A DNA stretch of 60,348 nt, the filler included, from Candidatus Zhuqueibacterota bacterium (GTDB lineage Bacteria; BS750m-G25): NCBI GenBank assembly GCA_016783505.1. It is 5 parts of 5 records of this genome, joined end to end, with 100 filler letters (N's around TTAATTAATTAA, not from the genome) between each part and the next. Parts side by side here need not be neighbours in the genome. Positions count along the whole stretch, not along the records: positions 16,448 to 46,505 come from JADHWK010000025.1; 4 more parts are not named here. One strand, written 5' to 3'. The notes under the pieces were generated by a model that worked only from the letters and a program-made list of their open reading frames with translations, did no database searches and was not told where the DNA came from. This document shows positions 20,406-30,125 of the stretch, piece after piece. The translations under genes and the position numbers were made by a program. How positions within the stretch are numbered: position 1 is the first letter of the stretch; each line of letters begins with the position of its first letter.

Positions 20406-20454
20406 AAATCCCCCCTTATTCCCCCCTTTAATAAAGGGGGGCTGGGGGGGATTT
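20406..20454. repeat. Poly-C/poly-G palindrome
   Basis: Arms aaatccccc.../...gggggattt around an inner hairpin ccccccttta-a-taaagggggg. Confidence 0.65.
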
Positions 20455-20551
20455 AGCGGGAGAATTGACATAGAACCAAATTTTAGAATTATCATATTTG
20501 TTTTTCTTTGTGCTTTGACGACTGAACTGTTACCCCTTTGAAATTTTTGTA

Positions 20552-23446
20552 ATGAAGACATTTATTAAAGAATTAAAAATATCCCAGGACTTTGCTGATC
20601 AAATCGTCCACCATGAGGTGATCCAGGCTCGGAAGGGGGTCTATCAAAAGACCAAGCGTCCTCTGTCTTCACCGGTGGCCCGGGCACTAAAAAAAATGGG
20701 GATAACGGAACTTTACTCCCATCAGGCCAAGGCCATTGATTTCGTCCGAGGGGGCAGTAACGTGGTGGTGGTAACCCCCACCGCCAGCGGGAAGACATTG
20801 ACCTATAATATTCCGGTGTTGGAATCCATCCTCAGGGATAAAAATACCAAAGCCCTTTACATCTTTCCTTTAAAAGCCTTAGAGCAGGATCAGCTAAAGG
20901 GGCTTGATGGGTTTGGCGCCCTATTAGGGGGGGAAAGGGGGGGGCAAGCGGCAATCTATGACGGGGACACCTCTGCCTACAGGCGGAAAAAGATTAAGGC
21001 GGATTTCCCGAATATTATTCTTACCAACCCCGATATGATCCACCAGTCCATCCTCCCCTTTCACCCCCAGTGGGAACCGTTTTTCAGGGGCCTGAAATTT
21101 GTTATCATTGACGAACTGCACACCTATCGGGGGATCTTCGGCTCCCATATCCTTCAGGTCTTAAGGAGGTTTTCCCGCGTTTGTAAATTTTATGGCGCGC
21201 AACCACAATTCATCACCTGTTCTGGTACCATCAATAATCCCAGGGAACTGGCGGAGACGCTGGTGGGGGCGCCTTTTGAGCTGGTGGCAGATAACGGGGC
21301 TCCCCAGGCGGAAAAGCATTTTCTTTTCTTAAATCCAGTCTTAAGTCCCTATACAGAAGCTGCCAAGATCTTTCGCCGCTGTCTGAAGCGGGGGTTCAAG
21401 ACCATCGCCTTTACTAGATCGCGCAAGGTGACCGAACTCATTCACGCCTGGACCTTAGATGCTGAACCGGAACTGGCCCCCTTGGTGAGCTCCTACCGGG
21501 CCGGGTTTCTCCCCGAGGAACGGCGGGAGATTGAGGAAAAACTTTTCTCGGGTGAGCTTTTGGGGGTGATCTCTACTTCGGCCCTGGAGATGGGGATTGA
21601 CATCGGGGGGCTGGACGTGTGCCTTCTGGTAGGCTACCCGGGGACGGTCATTAACACCTGGCAGCGGGGGGGAAGGGTGGGACGGGGCGATAACCCTTCA
21701 TTGATTGTTTTGATCGCCCTTCCCAATGCTCTGGATCAATACTTCATGCGACATCCGGGGGATTTTTTCGGCCGGAGTTTTGAAAAAGCAGTGGTGGACG
21801 GGGAAAACCCGGAAGTAATAAAGGACCATCTGGTGGCAGCAGCTGCTGAAGTTCCCCTGTCCCAGGAGGAGACCTCATTTGATCTGATCCGACATCAGGG
21901 GGTTCTGCGGGGGTTGGTGAAGGAAGGTTGGCTTTTGGAGAGCGCCGCCGGGAATCAGTATTTTTCCGCCCGCCTCCGGCCCCAACGGGAGGTGGACATC
22001 CGCTCCATTGGGGAATCCTTTACCATTTATGAGGGGGAGAATAAACGATTGGTGGGGCAGGTGAATGGGGGTACGGTGTTCGGGGAGTGTCACCCCGGGG
22101 CCGTCTACCTCCATCGAGCACGGCAGTATCTGGTCAGAAATCTGGATCTGGAAAAAAGGGAGGTCCTGGTTGAACCGGTGGAGGTTTCCTATTATACCCA
22201 GCCCCTTTCCGAAAAGGAGACCGAAATCCTGTCGGTAGAGAGGTCAAGACCGGTAGAGAATTTCCTCTTGAGGCAGGGGCGGCTGAGGGTAACCGAGCAG
22301 GTGGTGGGTTTTCAGAAGAGACGGATTTTCAGCCAAGAACTCTTGTCCGTCCATGACCTGGATTTGCCAGCACAAACCTATGAAACGGTGGGCATCTGGC
22401 TTGAAATCGAGGGTCTGATCCAGGAATACACACAGAAAAAGAATTACCATTTCATCGGTTCCCTGCACGGGGTGGAACACGCGGTTCTGGCCCTCTTTCC
22501 CCTGTTCGCTCTCTGCGACCGCTGGGATTTAGGGGGAATATGTTATCCCATCCACCCCCAGGTGCAGAAAGCGGCCATCTTTTTCTACGATGGCTACCCC
22601 GGCGGGGTGGGCCTGACCCCGAGGGGGTATGAAGTCATCGAGTCCCTGTTAGAAAGGACCTTAAGTTTAATCGAAGGGTGTCCATGCGAGGAAGGCTGCC
22701 CCTCCTGCATCCATTCCCCCAAGTGTGGTTCTGGGAACAAACCCTTAGATAAACAGGGGGCCCGGGAAGTGCTGAGGATTTTGTTAGGGAAAATAAGTTT
22801 TGGGGAGGTAAAAGAGATGATCGAGGGATTAAGCCCTGTGTCCCACCGAAAGGAGGTCGCTTTCCGAGAAAAGCGGGTTTCCCCTTCGGACCGCAAAAGG
22901 GTCCTGTTTTTCGATCTGGAGACCCAGCGGTCAGCCGATGAGGTGGGGGGGTGGGGGAACATCCACCTGATGCGGCTAGCGGTGGGGGTTCTCTATGATA
23001 GTTTAGAAGAAAAATATTTTAACTTCTACGAAAAGGATGTGGATAATTTAATTGAATATTTGAAGAAAGCAGATTTGGTGGTGGGGTTTAATATTAAGCG
23101 GTTCGATTACCGGGTGCTGATGGGATATTCTGATGAGGATTTCGATCAAATTCCTACTTTTGATATCCTGCAGGATGTACAGCGAAGATTAGGCCACCGG
23201 TTAAAACTGGATAGTTTGGCCCGGAGCACCCTGAAAGTGGCGAAAACGGCCGATGGGCTTCAATCTATCGAATGGTTTAAGCAGGGGGAGATTGACAAGG
23301 TGCGGGACTACTGCCAGCGAGATGTGGAGATCACCCGGGATTTGTTTCAATTCGGCGTCCGGAACGGTTATCTGCTTTACGAAAAGAAGAATATGGGAAC
23401 CGTAAGGCTGCCGGTGGATTGGGATCTGGAGGAGATTGTTGGGTAA
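20552..23446 (+). CDS. DEAH-box helicase with DUF1998 (MrfA/Hrq1-like) fused to a C-terminal DEDD/RNase H-like exonuclease (MrfB-like)
   Basis: TPTASGKT, DELH, QRGGRVGR, CPCEEGCPSCIHSPKC, then FDLETQ / GFNIKRFD / YCQRDV. Confidence 0.9.
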   Translation: MKTFIKELKISQDFADQIVHHEVIQARKGVYQKTKRPLSSPVARALKKMGITELYSHQAKAIDFVRGGSNVVVVTPTASGKTLTYNIPVLESILRDKNTKALYIFPLKALEQDQLKGLDGFGALLGGERGGQAAIYDGDTSAYRRKKIKADFPNIILTNPDMIHQSILPFHPQWEPFFRGLKFVIIDELHTYRGIFGSHILQVLRRFSRVCKFYGAQPQFITCSGTINNPRELAETLVGAPFELVADNGAPQAEKHFLFLNPVLSPYTEAAKIFRRCLKRGFKTIAFTRSRKVTELIHAWTLDAEPELAPLVSSYRAGFLPEERREIEEKLFSGELLGVISTSALEMGIDIGGLDVCLLVGYPGTVINTWQRGGRVGRGDNPSLIVLIALPNALDQYFMRHPGDFFGRSFEKAVVDGENPEVIKDHLVAAAAEVPLSQEETSFDLIRHQGVLRGLVKEGWLLESAAGNQYFSARLRPQREVDIRSIGESFTIYEGENKRLVGQVNGGTVFGECHPGAVYLHRARQYLVRNLDLEKREVLVEPVEVSYYTQPLSEKETEILSVERSRPVENFLLRQGRLRVTEQVVGFQKRRIFSQELLSVHDLDLPAQTYETVGIWLEIEGLIQEYTQKKNYHFIGSLHGVEHAVLALFPLFALCDRWDLGGICYPIHPQVQKAAIFFYDGYPGGVGLTPRGYEVIESLLERTLSLIEGCPCEEGCPSCIHSPKCGSGNKPLDKQGAREVLRILLGKISFGEVKEMIEGLSPVSHRKEVAFREKRVSPSDRKRVLFFDLETQRSADEVGGWGNIHLMRLAVGVLYDSLEEKYFNFYEKDVDNLIEYLKKADLVVGFNIKRFDYRVLMGYSDEDFDQIPTFDILQDVQRRLGHRLKLDSLARSTLKVAKTADGLQSIEWFKQGEIDKVRDYCQRDVEITRDLFQFGVRNGYLLYEKKNMGTVRLPVDWDLEEIVG

Positions 23447-23519
23447 ATAAAAGTTAATCAATCATAGTTATAAGTCAGTAATCATCAGTAGACTATTCTA
23501 TCATTACCTCAGAAATTCC

Positions 23520-23552
23520 GGTGGATGACCCGCCCGTAGGGCAACATCCACC
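23520..23552. repeat. GGCGGATG family palindrome, empty copy
   Basis: ggtggatgacccgcccgtagggcaacatccacc. Confidence 0.75.
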
Positions 23553-23573
23553 GGGAGCGAGGGAGTTGAGGAG

Positions 23574-23957
23574 CTATAGATTGTCGGAACGATCTTGGAA
23601 ATTGGGGAGCTGACTTATTAATTTCTCGATCTCATTAAGGTTAAAGGGCTTTTTCAGGAACCCGTCAGCTATTTGGAGTAAAGGGCCCAGTTGCCAGTCC
23701 GGAGAGCCTGTAATCAGGATCACCGGTAGTTGAGGATTTTTAGTTTTGACCGCCTTAAGCAATTGTCCCCCGTTCATGTGGGGCATTCTGAAGTCGGTGA
23801 TGATGAGATCTACCGGGGTTTGGATCAGAATCTGTAGGGCTTCCCGTCCGTTTTCCGCAACTATCCCTACGTGTCCCATGGTTTCAATCATTTCCTGCAG
23901 CAAAAGGCGGGCATCCTTTTCATCATCAACGATCAACACCGTTTTCTGGGCGGCCAT
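23574..23957 (-). CDS. Single-domain response regulator (receiver)
   Basis: VLIVDD, IITDFRMPHMNG, KP. Start reassigned to MAAQKT after AAGGAG. Confidence 0.9.
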   Translation of the reverse strand: MAAQKTVLIVDDEKDARLLLQEMIETMGHVGIVAENGREALQILIQTPVDLIITDFRMPHMNGGQLLKAVKTKNPQLPVILITGSPDWQLGPLLQIADGFLKKPFNLNEIEKLISQLPNFQDRSDNL

Positions 23958-23981
23958 GGTTTTATCTCCTTGGGGAAGAAT

Positions 23982-24191
23982 AAAAAAACCTCTGGCAAGC
24001 TTAACTGAAACGGGGTATCTTGTATGTATGTTGGCACACACACAAACAGCCAACTCCGCCTCAATGCTCGCCAGAGGTATCCTTATCCGTGGAGAATAAA
24101 GATACCTCACATTTCAGTTTTGTTTAAGGCGGAATCATGCTACTTGTATGCGTGCCATCAATAATTTAGCAAAATAACTTTTAAAATGCAA
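23982..24191 (-). promoter_or_regulatory. Sigma70 promoter followed by a long structured leader with terminator/antiterminator potential
   Basis: TTGCAT-17nt-TAAATT with extended -10 TG (24191-24163); stem CCTCTGGCGAGC/GCTTGCCAGAGG plus T-run; alternative pairings available. Confidence 0.6.
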
Positions 24192-24220
24192 GAGATTTCT
24201 TATGAAAGGCGAACGATTCC

Positions 24221-24910
24221 ATGAAGAAATCCTTTACCATTCATGATCTACCGATTTCCGAACGTCCTAGGGAGAGGTTATTGAAGCTGGGTTCGGAAGC
24301 CCTGTCCGCCCAGGAGATTCTGGCTCTGATTCTGGGTCGGGGGGTATCCGGGGAGTCGGTGATGGTCACCGCCCAGAGGCTGCTCTCCCGGTTCGGTAGC
24401 CTTCAGGCCATTGGCAGCAGCAGTGTTGAAGAGCTTTCCCAAGTGCGGGGGATCGGGCTGGCCAAGGCCGCCCAGATCAAGGCTGCCTTTGAGCTGAGCA
24501 AAAGGGTCGGGGGGTATCCGGAGACCGAAAAAAGATTGACTGTCAAAACCCCAGAAGATGCGGTGAAGCTGGTGCGAAATAGGTTGAAGGATAAGAAAAA
24601 GGAATATTTCCTGACCCTACTCCTGGATTCTAGAAATAAGCTCATCCGAACCGCTGAGATCTCCGTGGGCAGTCTGAACGCCAACATTGTCCATCCCCGG
24701 GAGGTTTTTAAGGAGGCCATCTCCGCCTCGGCAGCGGGGGTCATCTTGGTCCATAATCATCCATCGGGGGACCCGGCCCCATCCGAGGACGACATTAAGA
24801 TTACGAAAAGACTGGTAGAAGTGGGAAAGGTGATGGATATTGACGTTCTCGATCACATCATCGTGGCTGGGAAGGATTATCTGAGTATGAATAATAAAGG
24901 ATTGATTTGA
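24221..24910 (+). CDS. radC: RadC/JAB family protein
   Basis: RPRERL, HhH, VHPREVF, HNHPSGDPAPSEDD, DH. Confidence 0.95.
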   Translation: MKKSFTIHDLPISERPRERLLKLGSEALSAQEILALILGRGVSGESVMVTAQRLLSRFGSLQAIGSSSVEELSQVRGIGLAKAAQIKAAFELSKRVGGYPETEKRLTVKTPEDAVKLVRNRLKDKKKEYFLTLLLDSRNKLIRTAEISVGSLNANIVHPREVFKEAISASAAGVILVHNHPSGDPAPSEDDIKITKRLVEVGKVMDIDVLDHIIVAGKDYLSMNNKGLI

Positions 24911-25000
24911 TATTGTTATATCAAATGTCAAATAAAAGCCAAATGTTCTGAATTTAATGACAGGAAAAATACCAGTACACAGTTTGGATTTTGGTTAATT

Positions 25001-25657
25001 ATGAATATTAAAGAAAAACACCACAGGCGTTCAATCAGGTTGAAAGATTATGATTATTCGCAACCTGGTGGGTATTTTATTACGATCTGTTTACAACACC
25101 GACAATGTTTATTAGGCGAAATTGTGAAACGGGAAATGAAATTGAATGCCCCCGGTAGGATGATTGAAAAATGGTGGATGAAAATACCCGTTAAATTTCC
25201 GGGAACTGAAATTGACGAGCATATAATCATGCCCAACCATTTTCATGGTAACGTAATGATTGTAGGGGCAGTCCCACGTGTCTGCCCGAATAATATACGT
25301 ATTTGCCAAAATGATAGGGGCGAACCCATGTGTTCGCCCCTACGGGACAATGATAGCAAACGTAGGGGTTCACCCCTACCAAAAATCATACAATGGTTCA
25401 AAACAATGACAACAAATGAATACATTCGTATGGTAAAAAATGCAGGGTGGATATCATTTCAAGGCAAATTATGGCAGCGCAATTATTACGAACACGTCAT
25501 CCGAAATGAAGATGAATTAAATCGAATTCGTGAATACATCATCAACAACCCGTTAAGATGGGAATACGATAGAGACAATCCTGATGGAAAACCTGAAAAG
25601 GCAGAAAATAAATTCTGGAAGGATTTTGTCCGAGGTGTGAAGATAAGAGACCATTAG
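25001..25657 (+). mobile_element. REP-associated tyrosine (Y1/HUH) transposase, RAYT/IS200-like
   Basis: HRRSIRLKDYDY, YFITIC, MPNHFH (HUH), WQRNYYEHVIRN, YIINNP (catalytic Tyr). Confidence 0.9.
25262..25379. repeat. Three GTAG-type REP hairpins inside the RAYT coding sequence
   Basis: gtaggggcagtcccacgtgtctgccc; taggggcgaacccatgtgttcgcccctac; gtaggggttcacccctac. Confidence 0.8.
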
Positions 25658-25690
25658 TAAATTGTACGAAGGACTAATTTGAACTAGGAA

Positions 25691-27340
25691 TTGAAAATGA
25701 TCGTAACCGAAAAAAAACCCTTCGATGAGATATTAAGATCACTGGAGGGGGAGGAAAAGATATTCATCGTCGGCTGCGGGGACTGCGCTGACCTGGCTCA
25801 GACAGGGGGGGAGAAGGAGGTGGAGGATATGGCGGTCAGGCTGGCGGAAAAAGGCAAGGAAGTGGTGGGGACTTTTGTAAGTGAGGGCCCCTGTCACGTT
25901 CTGCGGACAGCCCGAGAACTGCGAACCGTCTCTGAGGAGTTGAATTTAGCGGACTCGGTACTCGTCTTGGCCTGCGGCGCCGGGATTCAGACGATCGCTG
26001 ATCTGGTGGACAAACCTGTCCACCCGGGGCTGAATTCCCTGTTTCTGGCTAATGTCAAGCGCTACGGCTGGTTTGAGGAGCGGTGCAGCCTGTGCGGGGA
26101 ATGTGTGCTGGACTTTACCGGGGGAATCTGTCCCGTTACCCGCTGTGCCAAATCCTTAGTCAACGGGCCCTGCGGGGGGGCAGAGGAAGGCAAGTGCGAG
26201 ATAGGGAACGGCCGGGAATGCGTCTGGCAGTTGATCTATGATCGGCTGAAGAAAAGAGGTCAACTGGACCGACTGTTGAAATATCAGGTAATGAAGGACT
26301 TTGAACGCTCCATCAAGCCGGGTGTGCTGGACCTGAGGGGGGAGACCCAGGATGAACGCAGTATCCGCATAGGGAATGCCGATCAGGCCCGGGCGTCCTG
26401 GCATCCCGAGTTCGAATTCGGGCACCGGAACTGGGAGATTCAACTTGAAAATGTAAGGCCCAGGGGACTGACGGAGCTACAAAAAGCCTTAGATGGGGAC
26501 CGGTTCGTGGTGACCTGCGAGCTGGTGCCCCCCAAGGGGGTGGATGTAAACCAGGCCTTGCAGGATGCCCGCTCGGTGAAGGATTATGTTACCGCCGTCA
26601 ACGTCAATGAAAATCCCTCTTCTAAGATGAGGTTAAACTCCCTTTCCCTGTGTCATCTTCTGGTGGAAGGGGGGATCGAACCCGTCTTTCACATCACCAC
26701 ACGGGAGCGGAACCGCTTAGCCCTGCAATCAGAGTTGTTAGGGGCCTATGTGCTGGGGATCCGGAACGTGGTGGCCATGACCGGGGATCACCAGTCCATG
26801 GGGGATCATCGGGAGGTCAAACCGGTCTACGACTTAGATTCGGTGCAGCTCTTAAGACTGGCTATCGAACTTATGGGGGGGAAAGACTACAACATGAACA
26901 ATCTGAATGGGGCGCCCCAATTTTACCTGGGGGGGGTTATCAACCCTGATTCCGATCTGCTTGAGCTTCAGATCATTAAGATGAGAAAGAAAGCCCGGGC
27001 CGGGGCCAGCTTCTTTATCACCCAGGCCATTTATGACCTAGAGAAGTTCTCCGATTTTCTGGATCAAGTGAAGGATGTAAAGGCCTATATTATCGCCGGG
27101 ATCATCCCCCTTAAGTCGGCCCGGATGGCCCGGCATATGAACGCAAATATCCCCGGTATTCATGTTCCCGAAGGATTGATCGAGAGAATGGAAAAGGCCC
27201 GGGATAAGGGGGTTGAAGGGGTAGCCATTGCCCGGGATCTGGTCCGGGGCTGCCGGGACCTGTGTCAGGGGGTGCACCTGATGCCCATCGGGTGGTATGA
27301 TAAGGTGCCACAGATTCTTGAAGGGATTGTATCCGTTTAA
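25691..27340 (+). CDS. MetV-MetF fusion (methylene-THF reductase with N-terminal Cys-rich MTHFR_C domain)
   Basis: N-half GCGDCA, ACGAG, CSLCGEC, CPVTRCAKSLVNGPCGG; C-half ELVPPKG, RERNRLALQSELLGA, GASFFITQ. Confidence 0.88.
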   Translation: MKMIVTEKKPFDEILRSLEGEEKIFIVGCGDCADLAQTGGEKEVEDMAVRLAEKGKEVVGTFVSEGPCHVLRTARELRTVSEELNLADSVLVLACGAGIQTIADLVDKPVHPGLNSLFLANVKRYGWFEERCSLCGECVLDFTGGICPVTRCAKSLVNGPCGGAEEGKCEIGNGRECVWQLIYDRLKKRGQLDRLLKYQVMKDFERSIKPGVLDLRGETQDERSIRIGNADQARASWHPEFEFGHRNWEIQLENVRPRGLTELQKALDGDRFVVTCELVPPKGVDVNQALQDARSVKDYVTAVNVNENPSSKMRLNSLSLCHLLVEGGIEPVFHITTRERNRLALQSELLGAYVLGIRNVVAMTGDHQSMGDHREVKPVYDLDSVQLLRLAIELMGGKDYNMNNLNGAPQFYLGGVINPDSDLLELQIIKMRKKARAGASFFITQAIYDLEKFSDFLDQVKDVKAYIIAGIIPLKSARMARHMNANIPGIHVPEGLIERMEKARDKGVEGVAIARDLVRGCRDLCQGVHLMPIGWYDKVPQILEGIVSV

Positions 27341-27380
27341 CTATGTGAATTGGACAATGGATTAGAAGGTATTAGAATGG

Positions 27381-27492
27381 GAGAGCAGGGGTGCAAGGGA
27401 GCTGAGGAGCAAGGGAGAATCGGTCAGGCGCCCGACTGAAAGGGGATAGGAATTCTTTCCCCTCTGCTCCCCAGCCCCTCCGCTCCTCTGCT
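27381..27492. repeat. Inverted 8-nt tandem-repeat hairpin with an ATCGGTCAGG element in its loop
   Basis: gcaggggt/gcaaggga/gctgagga... versus ...cccctctgc/tcccc/ctcctctgc; element at 27418-27442. Confidence 0.65.
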
Positions 27493-27533
27493 GTTTTCTA
27501 ACTTAAGATGACTAAACAGCTACAAAGGATTTA

Positions 27534-29180
27534 ATGAAAAAACATTCAGTTTTCGTTTTTTTGGCCAGTATTGCCATCGGTTATGCCCAGATTCAGTATG
27601 AAGAAGGGGATTGGGTCAGCTATACCGATTCCCGGTATCTGACCGGGGTGGATGTGGGCGAAACCTATGTTTACTTTGCTGGTATGGTGGGGATATTACG
27701 CTACCATCGCTATCGGAATGCCTGGGATTTGCCCTTCACCGCCCTGCGGACCTCAATAGAGAGCCGGCCCTTAGGGGGGGTGGAAATTGTGGCTTACGAT
27801 CCCGATACCGACTACCTCTGGGGAACAACCACCCAGGGGCTGGTGGTCTATGATCCCATCCGACAGCGCTGGGATGTCCATCCGTACACCAAACTCGGGC
27901 TCCCCGGTCAGATTAAAGCCATCGGGGTGGGTCAGAACTATATTTGGTTAGAGTCCGGGGAAAATTATTATTACGGGAACAAACAGGTGGGGGGCTTCTT
28001 CCCCGTTAGTTCTGAACAGGAGATGAAAGAATTAGACCCAGTTATAAAAATGCACTATGCCCCGGGTCGGATTTCGATGGAATTTCCAACCCTTTTTATG
28101 GATAGAGGGTATCTGTTTTTCAATGAGGGCTATATTACCGACCGAAACCTCCGTCGGTTTTACATTACCAATTACGCCTACGATGACTGGGGCAACCTCT
28201 GGTTGACCACGAAGGGATTGGGGGCCGCGGTGGCTGATCTTAAGGGCAAGAGGCTGACCCTTCTGGAATTTGGCCCCATAGGGGGGGATGTTCGGGCTCT
28301 GGCACTGGACGGGAATAGTATGTGGATGGGGGGATTCTCCGGCAGTTCCGGGAGCATGGGGATCTCAACTTGGGAACGGGGTTTGGGGAGGTGGATCTAT
28401 TACGAAGCCTCCTACCTTATGGGTCTTCAGAGCGACCAGGTCTGGGCCATCCAGCCCGATGGGAAGCTGATGTGGGTGGGAACAGAAGAGGGACTTTCGG
28501 TTTACGACAAAAAGAAGGGTAATTGGAGAACGTTTACAACCTTTGACAATCTATGGGGTAACCGAGTGCGGGCGGTGGCTCCCGATGGGGATTCGGTTTG
28601 GGTGGCCACCGACATGGGGATCAATATCTTCCTTAAACATCCGGAGGATTCGAAAAAGAAATTTAAGATTGAAAGGATAAAAGATAATCGCCTGACCAAT
28701 CTTACCATTTACGACTTGGCAGCGGAAAGGGATTACGTGTGGGCGGCCACCGACCTGGGACTTTTCCGTTATCACAAAAGGCTGAAGGTCTGGGGGTTTG
28801 TGGAGGGGAAAACGGGTACTCCGGCCTGGTCAGTAAGGACGATTTCTGTCAGCCCCGATGAGGTCTGGCTGGGGACGGAGACCGGGGTGGTTCGTTTCGA
28901 TAAAAAAACCGGGGAATGGTCATCCTACCCAGCAGGGACCGTTCAGCCTTACGGTCCGGTGAACGATGTGGTAGCGGACCAGAAAAACGTCTGGGTGGCC
29001 CGGGATGATGGGGTGATAAAATACGACCGGGGGCGAAACTACTGGCATCATTATACCGAAGCGGACGGCCTTGTTGAGAACCGGGTTCATGTTGTCCTGC
29101 TGGAAGGGGACACCGTATGGTTCGGGACCCGAAGGGGGTTGACCCGCTTTAACTGGGCCAAATATGCCTCACGTGATTGA
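27534..29180 (+). CDS. Secreted beta-propeller protein (Reg_prop-like repeats)
   Basis: Signal peptide; repeated W(V/A)xTxxG and 'GLxxNxV' blades. Confidence 0.8.
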   Translation: MKKHSVFVFLASIAIGYAQIQYEEGDWVSYTDSRYLTGVDVGETYVYFAGMVGILRYHRYRNAWDLPFTALRTSIESRPLGGVEIVAYDPDTDYLWGTTTQGLVVYDPIRQRWDVHPYTKLGLPGQIKAIGVGQNYIWLESGENYYYGNKQVGGFFPVSSEQEMKELDPVIKMHYAPGRISMEFPTLFMDRGYLFFNEGYITDRNLRRFYITNYAYDDWGNLWLTTKGLGAAVADLKGKRLTLLEFGPIGGDVRALALDGNSMWMGGFSGSSGSMGISTWERGLGRWIYYEASYLMGLQSDQVWAIQPDGKLMWVGTEEGLSVYDKKKGNWRTFTTFDNLWGNRVRAVAPDGDSVWVATDMGINIFLKHPEDSKKKFKIERIKDNRLTNLTIYDLAAERDYVWAATDLGLFRYHKRLKVWGFVEGKTGTPAWSVRTISVSPDEVWLGTETGVVRFDKKTGEWSSYPAGTVQPYGPVNDVVADQKNVWVARDDGVIKYDRGRNYWHHYTEADGLVENRVHVVLLEGDTVWFGTRRGLTRFNWAKYASRD

Positions 29181-29348
29181 GGGGAAATTTTCAATAAAAG
29201 CATTTGGTTCTGATTAATAAAGTTCGATTTTTTCGGAAGGAGAAATGGGCGAAGTTATTCGTCAATCCAATAGTTATGCAAAAGCCTGAGTAATATTAAC
29301 AAGCAAAGCCGTAAGTTATGATGACAAGATTTAAAGGAGTGATTAATA

Positions 29349-30125
29349 ATGGAAAGAATAGAGATAATTGATACGAATGCAGACAATATTCTTGAATACG
29401 GAGTCTGCGGGTACAAAAATATTAAGAGAGCAGGATACACAGAAAAGATTGAGTGGTTAAAAGATCGTTTCCAAGAAGGTATGAAAATAAAAACATTGTT
29501 ATCAGATAAGGACGGAAATCAAGGTATGATCGAATACATTCCAGGTGAATATTGCTGGAGACCGGTTGAAGCAAGTGGATATATGTTTATTCACTGTATA
29601 TTTCTCGGTTTTAAACGTGCTTACAAAGGGAAAGGTTATGGTTCGCTTTTAGTGGATGAATGTTTAAAAGATGCTAAAAAAGAAAATTTGTATGGGGTTG
29701 CTGTGGTAACTCGTAAGGGGTCATTTATGGTGGGTAAGGAATTATTCGTAAAAAACGGTTTTGAGATTGTTGATACGGCGCCACCTGATTTTGAGTTACT
29801 AGTGAAAAAGTTCAATAAAGACACACCTACACCGAAATTCAAAGGAGATTGGCAGAAAAGACTGAATCAATATGGCAAAGGCCTAACGATAATTAGAGCA
29901 GACCAATGTCCTTACACAGTTAAAAATGTTAAAGAAATAAGTGATACTGCAGAGAAGGAATACGGAATAAAACCAAAAATAGTTGAATTAAAAAATTGCG
30001 AGGAAGCCCAAAATAGCCCATGCGCGTTTGGAACCTTCTGTATAATATATAATGGAAAAGTGATTGCGGATCATCCCATAAGTAATAAAAGGTTCATCAA
30101 TATTATGAATAAGGTTTTAAAATGA
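29349..30125 (+). CDS. YoaP-domain GNAT acetyltransferase
   Basis: IEYIPGEYCWRPV, YKGKGYG, QCPY, AQNSPCAFGTFCIIYNGK. Confidence 0.85.
   Translation: MERIEIIDTNADNILEYGVCGYKNIKRAGYTEKIEWLKDRFQEGMKIKTLLSDKDGNQGMIEYIPGEYCWRPVEASGYMFIHCIFLGFKRAYKGKGYGSLLVDECLKDAKKENLYGVAVVTRKGSFMVGKELFVKNGFEIVDTAPPDFELLVKKFNKDTPTPKFKGDWQKRLNQYGKGLTIIRADQCPYTVKNVKEISDTAEKEYGIKPKIVELKNCEEAQNSPCAFGTFCIIYNGKVIADHPISNKRFINIMNKVLK

Noticed and set aside
20552-23446. DISARM DrmAB or Druantia-type defence helicase (DUF1998)
   Set aside because: No DrmC/DrmD, MTase or Dru genes are adjacent; the architecture and neighbours fit a MrfA/Hrq1-type repair helicase.
23958-24110. 51-aa N-terminal extension of the response regulator
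   Set aside because: It runs through a structured leader and terminator; the RBS-supported ATG is at 23957.
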